A stretch of DNA of 64,000 nucleotides, taken from Octopus sinensis. Taxonomy: Eukaryota. Within the stretch, counting starts at the first letter, position 1. Every line of letters starts with the position of its first letter. Position numbers and translations under genes: made by a program. This document shows, in pieces, positions 11,940 to 24,600 of the stretch. Under the pieces are notes generated by a model, which worked only from the letters and a program-made list of their open reading frames with translations, was not told the DNA's origin and ran no database searches. The stretch is from NCBI RefSeq assembly GCF_006345805.1, contig NC_043006.1:65286001-65350000 (forward strand), read 5' to 3'.

Positions 11940-12310
11940 CATCATCATTATCATCATCGTTTCATGTCCGTTTTTCATGCTGGCATGGGTTGGCCGGTTT
12001 GACTGGGATCTGGGAAGCCAGGAGGCTACACCAGGCTCCAGTCTGATCTGGCAGTGTTTCTACAGCTGGATGCCCTTCCTAACGCCAACCACTCCAAGAG
12101 TGTAGTGCGTGCTTTTTTACATGTTACTGGCACAGGAGCCAAAAGGAGCAGGCATTGACCACGATAGGATGGTGCTTTTTATGTGCCACCAGCATGGGGA
12201 CCACAACTACAATTTCCATTTGATTGTGATTTGATTTGATTTTGATATACTTGACTCAATAGGTCTCCTCAAGCACAGCATGTCACCCTACGATCCAAGG
12301 TACTTTTTGA
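11940..12310 (-). mobile_element. RTE LINE 3' UTR fragment
   Basis: (CAT)n tail, then CATGCTGGCATGGGTTGG...GGATGCCCTTCCTAACGCCAACCACTCC and GATTTT repeats as in the LINE 3' UTR. Confidence 0.8.
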
Positions 12311-12509
12311 TAATCTCAGATGGACAAATTACAGTTTAAAAGTGATTGATTTTATGAAATCTAGTCTTAAACTCTGTGGATTTATTACAGAACACAATTT
12401 ACCTTGGGCAAAGGTCTTCTACTATAGCCTCAGGCCAACCAAAACCTTGTGAATGAATTTGATAGAAGGAAACTGAAAATAAGCCCATCGTATATATCTG
12501 TCTTTATAT

Positions 12510-12985
12510 CTGGCTGATGCCAGTGTTGTCTGACTGGCTCTTGTGCTGGTGGCACATAAAAAGCACCATTTGAGCGTGGTTGATGTTAGTGCCACCTGAC
12601 TGGCTCCTGAGCCGGTGGTACGTAAAAAGCACCATTCGAGCGTGGCCAATGCCAGTGCTTCCTGTGCTGGTGGCATGTAAAAAGCATCATTTGAGCATGG
12701 CCAATGCCAGTGTTGCCTGACTGGCTCCAGTGCTGGTGGCATGTAAAAAGCACCATTCGAGCATGGTTGATGTCAGTGCCATCTAATCGGACCCCATGCC
12801 GGTGGCACGTAAAAAGCACCTACTACACTCTTGGAGTGGTTGGCGTTAGGAAGGGCATCCAGCTGTAGAAACCCAGCCAGATCAGACTGGTGTCTGGTGC
12901 AGCCTCCTGGCTTGCCAGTTCTCAGACAATCACCCAACCCATACCAGCATGGAAAGCAGACATTAAACAATGATGATGATGATTC
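12510..12985 (+). mobile_element. RTE LINE 3' UTR fragment with ~5 copies of the 50-65-bp subrepeat
   Basis: Repeated GGTGGCA(C/T)(A/G)TAAAAAGCACCATT(C/T)GAGC units at ~12548-12820, then the common tail and (GAT)n. Confidence 0.85.
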
Positions 12986-13189
12986 TTTTGTTACATCTAC
13001 TGTCTTTGAAGATTGTGTTTGTATAGTGCCAATAATTTTAGAGACCTTACAAAATCTTAGTACAGAAATGTATTTTGCTTGGCTGACATTTTGCCTGACA
13101 TTAATATGTTTAATTTGGAGTTTCTAGCAGAAACCTTTAGAATTCTTAAGTTAAAAAATTTCATTAATCCTAGCCATAAAGGGATCCTC

Positions 13190-13740
13190 AGGCATGCCAC
13201 TGTAGCTAAGAGACTTGCTTTGCAACCACATGGCTTCAAATTCACTCCCACTCTGTGGTACCTTAGGCAAGTATCTTTCACTATAGTCTCTGACTAATCA
13301 TTGCCTTGTAAGTAAAGTTGGTAGACAGAAACAGTGTGGAAGCCCATTGTGTGTGTGTGTGTATGTTTGTGTGTCTGTGTGTGTGTATATATATTTGTGT
13401 ATGTGTGTATGCTTGTGTGTGTGTGCGCGCGCGCGCGCGTGTGTGAATGTGCATTTGTCATTCATCATCATCATCGTTTAACGTCCGTTTTCCATGCTAG
13501 TATGGGTTGTGCCTGTTTATCACCCCTTCTGTTACTTGGCAACCAGTGCTCTTTTTTCCCTACTTTTTTTTTGTTTACATCCCCCATAACTTAGCAGTTC
13601 AGCAAATGCGACTGATAGAATAAGTACCAGATTTAAAAAAAAATAAAAACCTAAGTACTGAAGTCAATTTGTTCAACAAAAACCCTTTAAGGCATTGTTC
13701 CTTTATGGCTGCAGTCCAATGACTGAAACAAGTAAAAGTA
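13190..13740 (+). mobile_element. tRNA-head SINE, diverged, with internal (TG)n
   Basis: Diverged head (...GCAACCACATGG.TTCAAATTCACTCCCACT...CCTTAGGCAAGT.TCTT) followed by body ending GACTGAAACAAGTAAAAG. Confidence 0.75.
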
Positions 13741-14264
13741 ATGTCATCACACAACAAAATGAGTAACTTAATGATTTATAATTAAATAGAATTAATGATA
13801 ATGATTCATCGACATATCCCACAGCAGTTGACATTTATTCTGGTGCAATTGTAGAAAGCATTTATCTGGATAATTCTTCTGATGTTTTTTTTTTTTAAAT
13901 ATTTATATAAGATTACCCGTGACCAATTGGGTCAACTGGAAAGTCTGAGTTTTCCCAGCAACGGAGTTTTGTTTTGTGGGATTTTTTTTCCTTTTCCAGG
14001 TTTTTTCGCATGCTTTCACCTAATGTGACATCGAAATCACGCATAAATGGCTCCTTTCCCCAGAAAGAGAAAGATTTGGCTACTATTTCTTGCACGCCTA
14101 CTACCACGTAACAAGTATTTCAGGTCCTTTATCTTAAATAGCTGTTACGAGGTAGCAGGGCATGCTAGGAATAGCAGCCAAATCTTTGGAGCTGAGATAC
14201 ATTGAATATACTTGAAACATTTTTTGTAATGGTACTCTTGGGGCGATCTTTTGCTTTGACTCTC

Positions 14265-14660
14265 AGAACTGTCATCCGGATCAGCTGGTTTTTGCTTGTT
14301 AATTTCCATAAACATTTCTTATTTATTTACTTTTGTTTTAAAGTGAAAGATGTATGAACGTGTATATGAAATGGCTGAATGTGTGTGTGTGTGTGCGTGT
14401 GTGTGTGTGTGAGTGAGAGAGAGCCACTTACTCTCACATGTACATACAAAAAAGATGTACGCATATGTATTAATGTATGTACATATACATGACAACACAC
14501 CCCTTCACTCACTCTCTCTCTCTCCTTCTCTCTCTCTCTTCCTCTCCCTTTCATACACACTCGTCCATTTCATATACATGTACTTACATCTTTCACTTCA
14601 AAACCAAAGTAAATAAATAAATTTTTTTACAGAAATTAACAAACTCTGGATGATAAGTGA
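14265..14660. repeat. Degenerate fold-back element (arms ~14295-14380 / ~14560-14645)
   Basis: TTAATTTC...TTATTTATTTACTTT.GTTTT.AAGTGAAAGATGTA...GTATATGAAATGG is mirrored at 14560-14645; interior GT/GA microsatellites mirrored by CA/CT. Confidence 0.7.
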
Positions 14661-14798
14661 AAGATTGCCATTCACTTGGAAATAATTAAAAAATAAATTG
14701 AAATGTTGTCTGTTTAAAGAAAGCTAAAATATAAATACTTACTGTACAAATAACTTACATTTTTGAAATCTCATTCACTTAAAAATATTTCTAAATGA

Positions 14799-15020
14799 TT
14801 TGCCAAATAAATACATGCACTATATATTCGCTCATCACTCGTTTCTTATGTCCATTGTCTGGAAATCTTTCATCTCACATCTGTGACCTTTTCAGCGACA
14901 CTTTCTGGAGACGGAAAGTGATGCTGAAGAGGTCACAAATGTATGATGAAAGATTTCCAGACAATGGATATGAGAAATGAGTGAAGAGCGAATATATAGT
15001 GCATGTATTTATTTGGCAAA
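14799..15020. repeat. Fold-back hairpin: ~107-bp arms, 8-nt loop
   Basis: 14799-14905 is the imperfect reverse complement of 14914-15020; the outer TTTGCCAAATAAATACATGCACTATATATTCGCTC (35 nt) is a perfect match. Confidence 0.9.
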
Positions 15021-15129
15021 AAAAAATAGAGACCATCCCGAAATATCTGTTTCAACATACAATTTCACAGGAATGTTGCAACAAAAGTTCATAAACACAC
15101 AAACATATATGTATATACACACACACACA

Positions 15130-16346
15130 CAAGGTGTATAAGATATTTGAGGACATACCTTTTTTGTTCATTGCTGCATTTTTTGCTAACTCTGTATAAT
15201 CTGTGTTTCAGAAAATAATAATGGCAGACCTTCAGCTTACTCAAGAAATGAAGAGGCATGCTGCTATTGTGGTTATAAAGGCTGAGTATAGTGATTTAGA
15301 AATATCTTGATTTTTAAAAGTTACCAGATCTTTCGTCTACAAAGATTGTAAGGAGCTAGAGACTGAAGATGTAAATGTATCACCAGTATCTAAGCATAAA
15401 AAGCATTCTAAACGCTCTGAAATCATCAGAACACCCAAATTTATCCAACAAGTTCAACAGACAATTGATTACAATCCCAGAAAGTCCATGAAGTCAACTG
15501 CAAAAGATCTCCATGTGTCAGAAAGAACAGTCAGAAATGTTGTCCACGAAGACATCAGATATAAGTCTTATATGATGAGGAAAAGTCAATTTGTCAGAAT
15601 AAGCAAAAGTAAATCACTACATCAGATCTAACAGGCTCTAAAACAAACTGAAAGATCCAGCAGAAGAAGAATAGATTTGGTTTTTCTCAAGATCACAAAG
15701 TTAACAGATGGTTATGTGCAAACCCTTCTGAAGTTCCAAGTGTTATGCATACAAAATTTCCTGCAACTGTCATAGTTTTAGGGGTTGTCAGCAATGAAGG
15801 ACATGTGATGCTTTCTTACTTCTTTTCACAAGGCCTTAGAGTTAACTCTGCCACCTACATTGAGGTCCTGGAAATAACTGTTAGGCCCTGAATAGACAGT
15901 GTATACAATGGAGGGCCATATGTGTTTCAGTAAGACTCTGCACTATCACACATGGCTCTAGTAACAGGAATGGATAGCTGAAAATTTTCATGATCACCTA
16001 ACACCTAACATTTAGTTTCCTAATTCCCCAGATCTCAGTCCATTGGACTATTACATGCAGAGAATTTTTGAGAGAGAAATCACAACACCAAAGATTCTTT
16101 GAAAGCTGCCATAGTCAGATTAATGTCCAAAATGAACCAGGACCACTTGATTCGAGCATGTAGATTATTTAGATCTCATATACAAGCAGTTGTTGATGCT
16201 GAAGGTGGCTGTATTGAACAACATTACAGAAAAGAAAGTTTATTTTTATCTTCATAGCATTTTTGATAAATAAAGTTATCTGTTATTATATATCTGGGTT
16301 TTTTTTTATAAACATAAATCTGTCCTCAAATATTTTACACACACTG
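15130..16346 (+). mobile_element. Decayed Tc1/mariner-superfamily transposon, maT (DD37D)-like
   Basis: TIRs 15128-15155 and 16321-16348 match at 23/28. Transposase from ATG 15221 (MADLQLTQEMKRHAAI...DLHVSERTVRNVVHEDIRYKSY), FPATVIVLGVVSNEG, *DSA...NSPDLSPLDY; 37 residues between 2nd and 3rd Asp after restoring one 1-nt deletion. Multiple stops. Confidence 0.88.
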
Positions 16347-16358
16347 TATGTATATATA

Positions 16359-16400
<42 letters not shown>

Positions 16401-16441
16401 ACATATATGTAAACACACACACATACATATACATGAGTCAC

Positions 16442-16612
16442 AGAATGGAGTAGGTAAGATCTGAGATACATATGTTTCACAGCGAGTGGAACCTCAGAAG
16501 TGGTAAAAATTCAAGCAAAGTGTATACCGTAGGTCACTCTTGGATTTTTACCACTTCAGAGGTTCCACTTGCTATGCAACATATGTAGCAAGGATCTTAC
16601 CTATTCCATTCT
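16442..16612. repeat. Fold-back element: 74-bp arms, 23-nt spacer
   Basis: 16442-16515 vs 16539-16612; the inner 34 nt match at 31/34. Confidence 0.88.
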
Positions 16613-18475
16613 TTAACTCTTGTATTCTTATTTGCACACCCGGCAACCATGGTTGCCTCCTGTGAAATATAAAAAGAACTTTTTTCAGTTTATTGTACTT
16701 AGATATAAAAAAAACAAAAACCCACAACCTTCCATCTCAATAAATCACTATTGTCCCTGAATGTTGTTTTTATATATTTACTACAGATTGCTTGAAGCTA
16801 ACTTTTTTCCTATACCACAATCCCTGGATCTTACATTTATATATATATGTATACACACACACACACCACACACACACACACATACATACACATATATATA
16901 TATACACATACATACACACATATATATATAATTATATATATATATATATATATACAATATGTTACATTACTCGGTAGTCAAGATAAAACTCTGAGTTTCA
17001 GATGCCGAAGTGGAAATCCACAACACCATCTCTTCGGTTATCTGGCTATTTGAAAACGTTATGAAAAAATATCGTTATGTATATATATATACAACAAGCT
17101 TCCAAACAGTTTCTGTCTTAGCAAATCTACTTACAAAACTTTAGTTGGCTTAGAGTAATAATAGAAGACACTTGTCCAAATTGTCACACAGTGGGACTGA
17201 ACCTGAAACTACATGGTTGGGAAGCAAGCTCCTTAACCACACAGCCATGCCTGGTTGACTAACAAAAGTTTAAGATTTTAAAAAAAATTCGGTAAATATT
17301 TAACATTTCTTTGCTTCCTTTGCAAGACAGATGTTTCAGTGTTTTTGTGTTTGGCTTTTTTGTAAGCACTGGTCCCCAAATAATGTTACAAAGGAGAGAT
17401 TAAAATCAATTATTCCTTTAGTTATAAAATATCTTAACCTAATTAATAAAGAAAGAAGGGAGTTCATGATACAAGATCAACCTCTGAATGCATAAAAAAT
17501 TCTGGTTTAACATATTTCAAGAAATATGCAGTGATGACTATCACTGCCAATTGTTGTCAAAATTTATGAATAAGTTTCTTTCATATCTTCGTTCTTGAGC
17601 AGCTGCAGAAAGAGATTTCTCATTACTCAATAACATTAAAGCTACAACTTGCAACCTCCTTTAAAATCATTCACCTTAAGTGTACTAAAAGGATGTAATT
17701 CTTTACTCCAATTCCTATCATCATCATTGATTTAACATCCACTTTTCCATGTTTGAATGGCTTGGATGGAGTTTATCAAAGCCTGTTTTCTATGTTGGAA
17801 TACCCTTTATGACACCAACACTTACCTATTTCCAAACAAGGTAATACTTGCCCATGGCCAGACATGTTCTTGTAGAATATTGAAAATAAATGTTAAGACA
17901 AGGAGACACACTCTCACACTCACATACATATATGTATATGTGTATGTATGTGTGTTTTTGTGTGTGTGTGTGTGTGTGTGTATTTATCTATATATATATA
18001 CACTTCAAGGAAGTTATATCCTCATTAGGGATTATATAATCCAAGGTATTCCATTAGTTAATCTCTATCATATACTGCAAAAGTCACTGGTATATGTTAG
18101 GGATTATTGAAATTATAAATTATCAATATTGAAGGAAAAGAAAAGGGAGAAAAAATGGATGTATGAATAATTTATTTGTATGTTATGAAATGATGAAAAT
18201 GTCTTTAAAAAAACATAACAGTGCAAATAAATTGATTACAAGTAATTAAACTTGAAAAATAACATAAAAGAACCTATCTAGATGTTTTAGTCCTGTCATA
18301 TATGTAGGTTCTTTTTTTTTTTCAAGTTTAACTACTTGTAATCGTATTGTTATGTTTTTTAAAGAAATTTTCATCATTTTATAACATACAAATAAATTAT
18401 TCATACATCCATTTTTTTCTCCATTTTCGTTTCCTTCAATATTGATTTTATATATATATATATATATATATATAA

Positions 18476-18860
18476 GGAGTGGCTGTGTGGTAAGTAGCTT
18501 GCTTACCAGCCACATTGTCCTGGGTTCAGTCCCACTGCATGGCAACTTGGACAGGTGTCTTCTACTATAGCCTCAGGCCGACCAAAGCCTCGTGAGTGGA
18601 TTTGGTAGACAGAAACTGAAAGAAGCCTGTCATATATATGTTATGTGTGTGTGTGTGTGTGTATTTGTGCGTTTCTCCCCCACTATCGCTTGACAATTGA
18701 TGCTGGTGTGTTTACATCCCTATAACTTAGTGGTTCAGCAAAAGAGACCAATAGAATAAGTACTAGGCTTACAAAGAATAAGTCCTGGGGTTGATCTGTT
18801 TGACTAAAAGGCAGTGCTTCAGCATGGCAACAGTCAAATGACTGAAACAAATAAAAGAAT
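18476..18860 (+). mobile_element. Full-length tRNA-head SINE
   Basis: Head GGAGTGGCTGTGTGGTAAGTAGCTTGCTTACC...GGGTTCAGTCCCACTGC with A/B-box-like segments, internal (TG)n, body ending GACTGAAACAAATAAAAGAAT. Confidence 0.85.
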
Positions 18861-19316
18861 ATATATATCTGTTGATTCAGCAGAAGCGATAAATTACAGG
18901 ACTCAATACAAATGTAGAATATTCTTTAGTATATTATAACTAAAAGGCTCTGATTTCCAAGACTCAAAGTTGCTCATTTCCAATCAACAGCTGGTAAACT
19001 AAGCTTAGTTTTCTTTTAATTAAACAGTAACACAAGTTCATGACTATGGAGTTTATGGCATCTTTATAATAATATTACCATGAGAACCAGAAAAGAAATT
19101 AAAAATGTGAGCTTGTAGCAACCGTTTTCATATGTATCATTTACAAATGTTCTTTTGACAAAAAAACATAAAGATGTTTCCTACAAACTTTCAGTTGATA
19201 TTTCAAAAAATAGTCAAACGGTGGATATTCAAAAGAAAACTAAACTTGATTTACCAGTGGATGATCAGAAATGAGAAATTCTATGAACTGGAAATCGAAA
19301 CCTTTCAGTTATAATG

Positions 19317-19444
<128 letters not shown>

Positions 19445-20461
19445 GGGCTTCTTTCAGTTTCTGTCTATCAAATTCACTCACAAGGCTTTGGTTGGCCCAG
19501 GGGCTATTGCAGACACTTGTCCAAGGTGCCACACAGTGAGAATGAACCCAAAACCATGTGGTTGGAAAGCAAACTTCTCAACCACACAGCCATGCCTGCA
19601 TCCAGTGAATGTAAGGAGAAAATTGGTAATAATGAGGCAGTTGATGAAATCCTGTTTTAATAAAATATATATATATTTTTCTAAAATTCAAGTTGTTTTA
19701 TGGTGGAAAATTGATAGTGTCATTAGAGAGTTGGACACAATGCTTTATGAGGTTTGTTCTGACCTTGTGTATCCCAAGTTCAAATCTTGCCAAAGTCAGC
19801 TGTGCCTTGTATCTTTTGGGGACAAATGAAAAAAGGACTAGCCCAGGCTGGTGGATTAATTGAACTGTTAGAAGATGTGGAGGGCAAGATTCCTTTGGGG
19901 TACCTGCTCCACCTCTTCCTGTTTCTGACAGCAGTATCTGCAATAACACTGGTGTCAAATTGTATTGGCCCATGTTGGTGGGCTTTTCCTTAGGGTAAAC
20001 ATTTGTGATATAGAGAGAAGGAAACTTGGAGGCATTGGCAGCTACCAATCTTCCACAAAATATCTTGCCCAGGCTTGCATATACATTTGCAGATGTATGG
20101 TCAACATTGACTGACTGAAGGTCATCACAAAATAAACTGGTGCCACTGTATACCCATGTGACAAACTTCCACATAGTCTCCTTCAACCAAACATTGACAG
20201 AAGGCACTTGCCCACCCACAAGCATTGACTTACAAATGTTAAATCTAACAACAGCTATCCCTATTGTTTAAAAGCCAGCAAAAGGTCAAAGAAATTGCCC
20301 CTAATTCCTGTCCAATCAGAGTAAAGAACAAATCACAAAACAGCAGTCGATCACTATGCTTAAAAACCAATGTTGTCAATATCTTGTTGTTATATTATCT
20401 TAACTAAATCACAATGGCACATCAACGTAGCAGAACATTTTTACAAATTCACACTGCTAGC

Positions 20462-20744
20462 CAGGGCTGTGGAGTTGGAGCCGTGGAGTTGTGGAGTCAG
20501 AGTCGTAGAGTAAAATTATACTCATTCTGATTCCAACTTACAATATCTTTATTCTTTAATCTAAACCAGTTAGAACATATAGGCCTACTCAAAGTACAAG
20601 CATATGCATATGCTTTATGAAATAAGTAGACCACAATCACTTAATTACATAAAAGGATTCAGAGTCAGTGTCGGAATCAGAGTCAGAGTTGAAATCGGAG
20701 TCAGAGTTGGAGTCAAAGTTTTTTGTTTCGACTCCACAGCCCTG
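20462..20744. mobile_element. hAT-type MITE
   Basis: TIRs CAGGGCTGTGGAGT / ACTCCACAGCCCTG, internal (G/A)GAGTC 6-mer repeats, 8-bp flanks CTGCTAGC / CCACTAGC (6/8 identical, decayed TSD). Confidence 0.8.
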
Positions 20745-20899
20745 CCACTAGCACAGTATTTTAACATGGACAAATACGCAACTGAAATAGAAAAACGCAA
20801 ATCTTGGCAAAACATCCACATGCTGTAAACCTTTGTGCTGCAGAAGCAGATGTTAGTAGAAAGTAGAAACCAGTTTTGAACCGAAAATCTACATGCCAA

Positions 20900-21625
20900 A
20901 CCTACACAGATTCCATGAATAGAGACCTCAAAAATATCCGCTTGTGGGACCACACCATTGATGTCTCGACACAAGTCTGACTCATATTAAGAAAATATAA
21001 TCACACCACATTCCCTTTAAATATGAGTAGCATGCAACTTAAACCTCTTAAAGTTGCTCCAAATATTAAGCTCACTCTTACCAAAGATCTTTCCTAGTAA
21101 ACGAATATCTTTAACATAGCTAGGATCACATCATAAAGACTAGCCCATCTCTTCAAGGGCAGAGAGTACTTCAGCTTCCAACAATTACTGGTGGCACTCT
21201 ACAAGTTTATGTGAGACCCACTTTGAAGTATTGTTCCACCAGTTGTGGTGGTACAGCTGCTGTCACCGTATGCAGACATTTGAGAAAGCTTCTAGAGAAA
21301 GGCCACTTGACTGACCGATATAAAGCCATTCACATACATGCTCAAGCCTCTCATCCACAAGAGTACTGTATCCTCTCTCTACCTTTTCTACCACTACTCT
21401 AAGGGCCACTGTTCTCTGGTATTGGTTGCTCTTCTGCCACATACACTCAAACTGCTTCCATTTCATTCCTCTTTCATGTTATGTCCAACATGCCAGGACC
21501 TGCACTGAACGCAATGACTAGTCTTTCTTCCCCAGGACACTGATCCACTGGAATGTCTTTCCTACACATGTCACGTTACAACGGTTTAAAATAGCATCAA
21601 TCTCACCAGTCTTGGAGACCCTGAA
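20900..21625 (+). mobile_element. Old jockey/CR1-group LINE 3' fragment
   Basis: Remnant motifs across frameshifts: LTLTKDLS*, LYK.YVRPTLKYCS..GG, WNVFP...LQRFK. Confidence 0.6.
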
Positions 21626-22151
21626 ATAAAAGTATGTGATCCTACATTTCTGACACCCAACATCTGGAGGGGAAACAAATCAGCTTGATGTTGAGTTACA
21701 ACTCCGAAGCCTTCACAAAATAAGTAATAAAACTGAAACCAGCAGTGAAGCTTCTGCTTAGTTATTTTGCTGATGTTTTATTCATCATGTTGATTTATTC
21801 ATATACTTGTCACTGTTAATAGTCATTAATCTATCCATATCCTTGTTATTTATATTCCACATGACTACACCAACCTACTACTATAGCTAAATAGCTTCTG
21901 CTACTTTGGTGACCTCATTAGCAGAAGTGAGCACTTTGGAAGTAGAGCAATCTTGGGCAAGTATCTTCGACTATATCCATTGTGAGTGGATTTGGTAGAC
22001 TGAAACTGAAAGAAGCCTATTGTGTGTGCATGTGTGTGTGAGTGCACATTTGTCTATGTGATTGTCCCCTGCCATGACCACCACCACTTGACAACAAGCA
22101 TAGGGGCATTATTTACATTTGACAGATATTTATGCTCATCTTGTTTGTTGT

Positions 22152-22198
22152 TAACACAACATTTCAGCTGATATACCCTCCAGCTTTTATTAGGTGTC
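22152..22198 (-). ncRNA. Decayed minimal hammerhead-like motif
   Basis: Minus strand: ACAC-CTAATAA-A-AGCTG-GAGGGTATAT-CAGCT-GAAAT-GTT-GTGT; stems I and II pair, but the core has G->A and C->T changes. Confidence 0.45.
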
Positions 22199-22599
22199 TT
22201 GGGGAAATTTCAAACCTGGGCTCTTGTTCCTAAGGTATTTTTCATTATTATTATTATTTTTAACAACAACAAACAAGATGAGGACAAATATCCATCAAAT
22301 GTAAATAATGTACATAATTTTTCATCTCTTACATATAGAAGTGTTGGTGTGTTTACGTCCTCATAACTTAGCGGTTTGGCATAAGTGACTGACAGAATAA
22401 GTGCTAGGCTTAAGAAAAAAAACAAAAGGTACTGGGAGCAATTCATTCAACTAAAAATTCTTCAAGGGGTTGCCCCAGCATGGCTGCAGTCTAATGGCAA
22501 GTAAAAGATAAAGAGAGAATAACAAAAGACCAGAAGTCAAGAGAGGGCTGCTATCATAGAGTAAAAGGGATAGAATGATGCTTGGCTGTGAAATGCAAT

Positions 22600-22690
22600 G
22601 CAACATGGTTGTGAGACATGGGCACTGAGTGCAGAGGGTTTGCAAAGGTTAGAAAGAAATGAAGCATGGTTTGATGGATGTACAATAATA
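22600..22690 (+). mobile_element. Short RTE LINE RT C-terminal fragment
   Basis: MQHGCETWALSAEGLQRLERNEA matches MLHGSETWAVTAEDMRKLARNEA of the LINE at 3122-3307. Confidence 0.7.
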
Positions 22691-22834
22691 ACAAAAGCAT
22701 TCAGAAAGTGCAAACCTTCACAAAGGCAACACCAACGTCCTCTCAACGATCAGCCAGAGATGATTTTTAAAATGAGAATATCTGAAATAAACTCAACTGC
22801 TGTCATAAACAAGAATACTAAAAATTAACTCAAC

Positions 22835-23062
22835 TGCTCTCAAAAATTAAGGAAAAAAAAATGGAAAAATAATCCAGAATCCTTGTCCAGTACCAGATTG
22901 ATCCCAAAATCTAAACAGTTTGTGCCTGTCACAAGAACAAACATCCCTGAAAGTTTCATCTGAATCCATCCAGCAGTTCTTGAGATATCTTGTCCACAGG
23001 CAAACAAACAAACAAAGATGACTGAAAACAATACCTCCGCCTTAGCGAAGGCGGAAGTAATA
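22835..23062. mobile_element. Non-autonomous Helentron/HINE-like element
   Basis: Terminal GC hairpin TACCTCCGCCTT-AGCG-AAGGCGGAAGTA (23032-23059) next to an (AAAC)n microsatellite, an architecture typical of such elements; family call from pattern memory only. Confidence 0.5.
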
Positions 23063-23877
23063 ATAGGGCTACAGTAAATACTCTGTGCAATACCACAGAT
23101 TTGTTTATCAGTTGTTTAACCTTAAACACTTAAGCATGTCTCTTGGTGGCTGACAATATGCGCATCTCTAATCACAAGCAGAAGATGCCCTTCCTGTTGC
23201 CAGCCCTTACCTGTTTCCAAGCAAGGTAATATTTCCCTGTGGTCAGACATGATTTCGCAAAACATTGGAAATGAATGACACTGTTTGTACGACAGTGACA
23301 CTCCTGTACACATGAAATCAACATGCACACACACATGTAAATGATGGAGTCTTTCAGTTTCCACTCACAAGGTTGCCATGTAGAGGGACCGAACCTGAAA
23401 CCATGTGGTTGGGAAATAAACTCCTTCCGCACCTATTCCATGCCCATGAAATATAAATTGAACATATTCTAAGAGCTGCTACATGAAATATTTTGCAAAC
23501 TTATTTATTCATATCAACACTTGAACAACTATTAGACTCACACAGCATTCTCACATACTGCGTACACATTCTGTCATACAGTGTTATACTCTCCATACTC
23601 TACCTCTAACTACCAATCCACTGTACTGAAATAACACTAATCACTTAACAATTACACTATGCAATCAATATTTACTCACGCCATGCAAACAATAGCCAAT
23701 TGGGAAAACAGGAGAGACTACTTACAGTAGAGCTACATCATTTGCAGAAACAAAAACGTAAATGTATGAATACATAAACACTGACACTTAGATACATACC
23801 CAAATGACCATATATCTCATATGCATTATATATATGTATATATATATATGTGTATATATATATATGGCTTTGCAGGG

Positions 23878-23933
<56 letters not shown>

Positions 23934-24160
23934 CCATAAAGACAAGATGGAATAGCCGGGACAAGACCAGAGAGAAAAGGAGACATAAGACAGATAACTA
24001 TTGAAGAGATCAGAGAATGTGTGACAAAAGAAGTCTGATAAATAAACCTATAATAATGATAACAAAAGCTAAAGTGAAGATCAAATAAATAGTGTATGTG
24101 TATATTGGGAAAAAGAAAAACCGACCATCCCCAAATATAACAATATATACAGAATATATT

Positions 24161-24422
24161 CTTTTATTTGTTTCAGTCATTTGACTGCGGCCATGCTGGA
24201 GCACCGTCTTTAGTCGAACAAATCGAACCCTGGACTTATTCTTTGTAAGTCTAGTACTTATTCTATCAGTCTTTTTGCCAAACTGCTAAGTTACAGGGAT
24301 GTAAACACACCAGCATCAATTGTCAAGCGATGTTGTGGGGGACAAACACAGACACATCATCATCATCATTTATCATCGTTTTACATCCAATGATTATGTG
24401 TCTGTGTTTGTCCCCCACAATA

Positions 24423-24459
<37 letters not shown>

Positions 24460-24600
24460 CAAAGGGCTTTTTTCAGTTTCGATCTTTGGTCAACCCGAGG
24501 CTATAGTAGAAGACACATGCCCAAGGTGCTATGCATTGGGACTGAACCAAGACCCTTGTGGTTGGTAAGCAAGCTACTTACCACACAGCCACTCCTGTGC
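24161..24600 (-). mobile_element. tRNA-head SINE
   Basis: Reverse-complement match to 18476-18860. Confidence 0.82.

Noticed and set aside
18476-18560. tRNA gene
   Set aside because: tRNA-like SINE head present in many diverged copies; no complete cloverleaf.
19195-19274. Possible plus-strand terminal exon (DISKNSQTVDIQKKTKLDLPVDDQK*)
   Set aside because: Only a moderate acceptor, no upstream partner exons, no nearby poly(A) signal; insufficient support.
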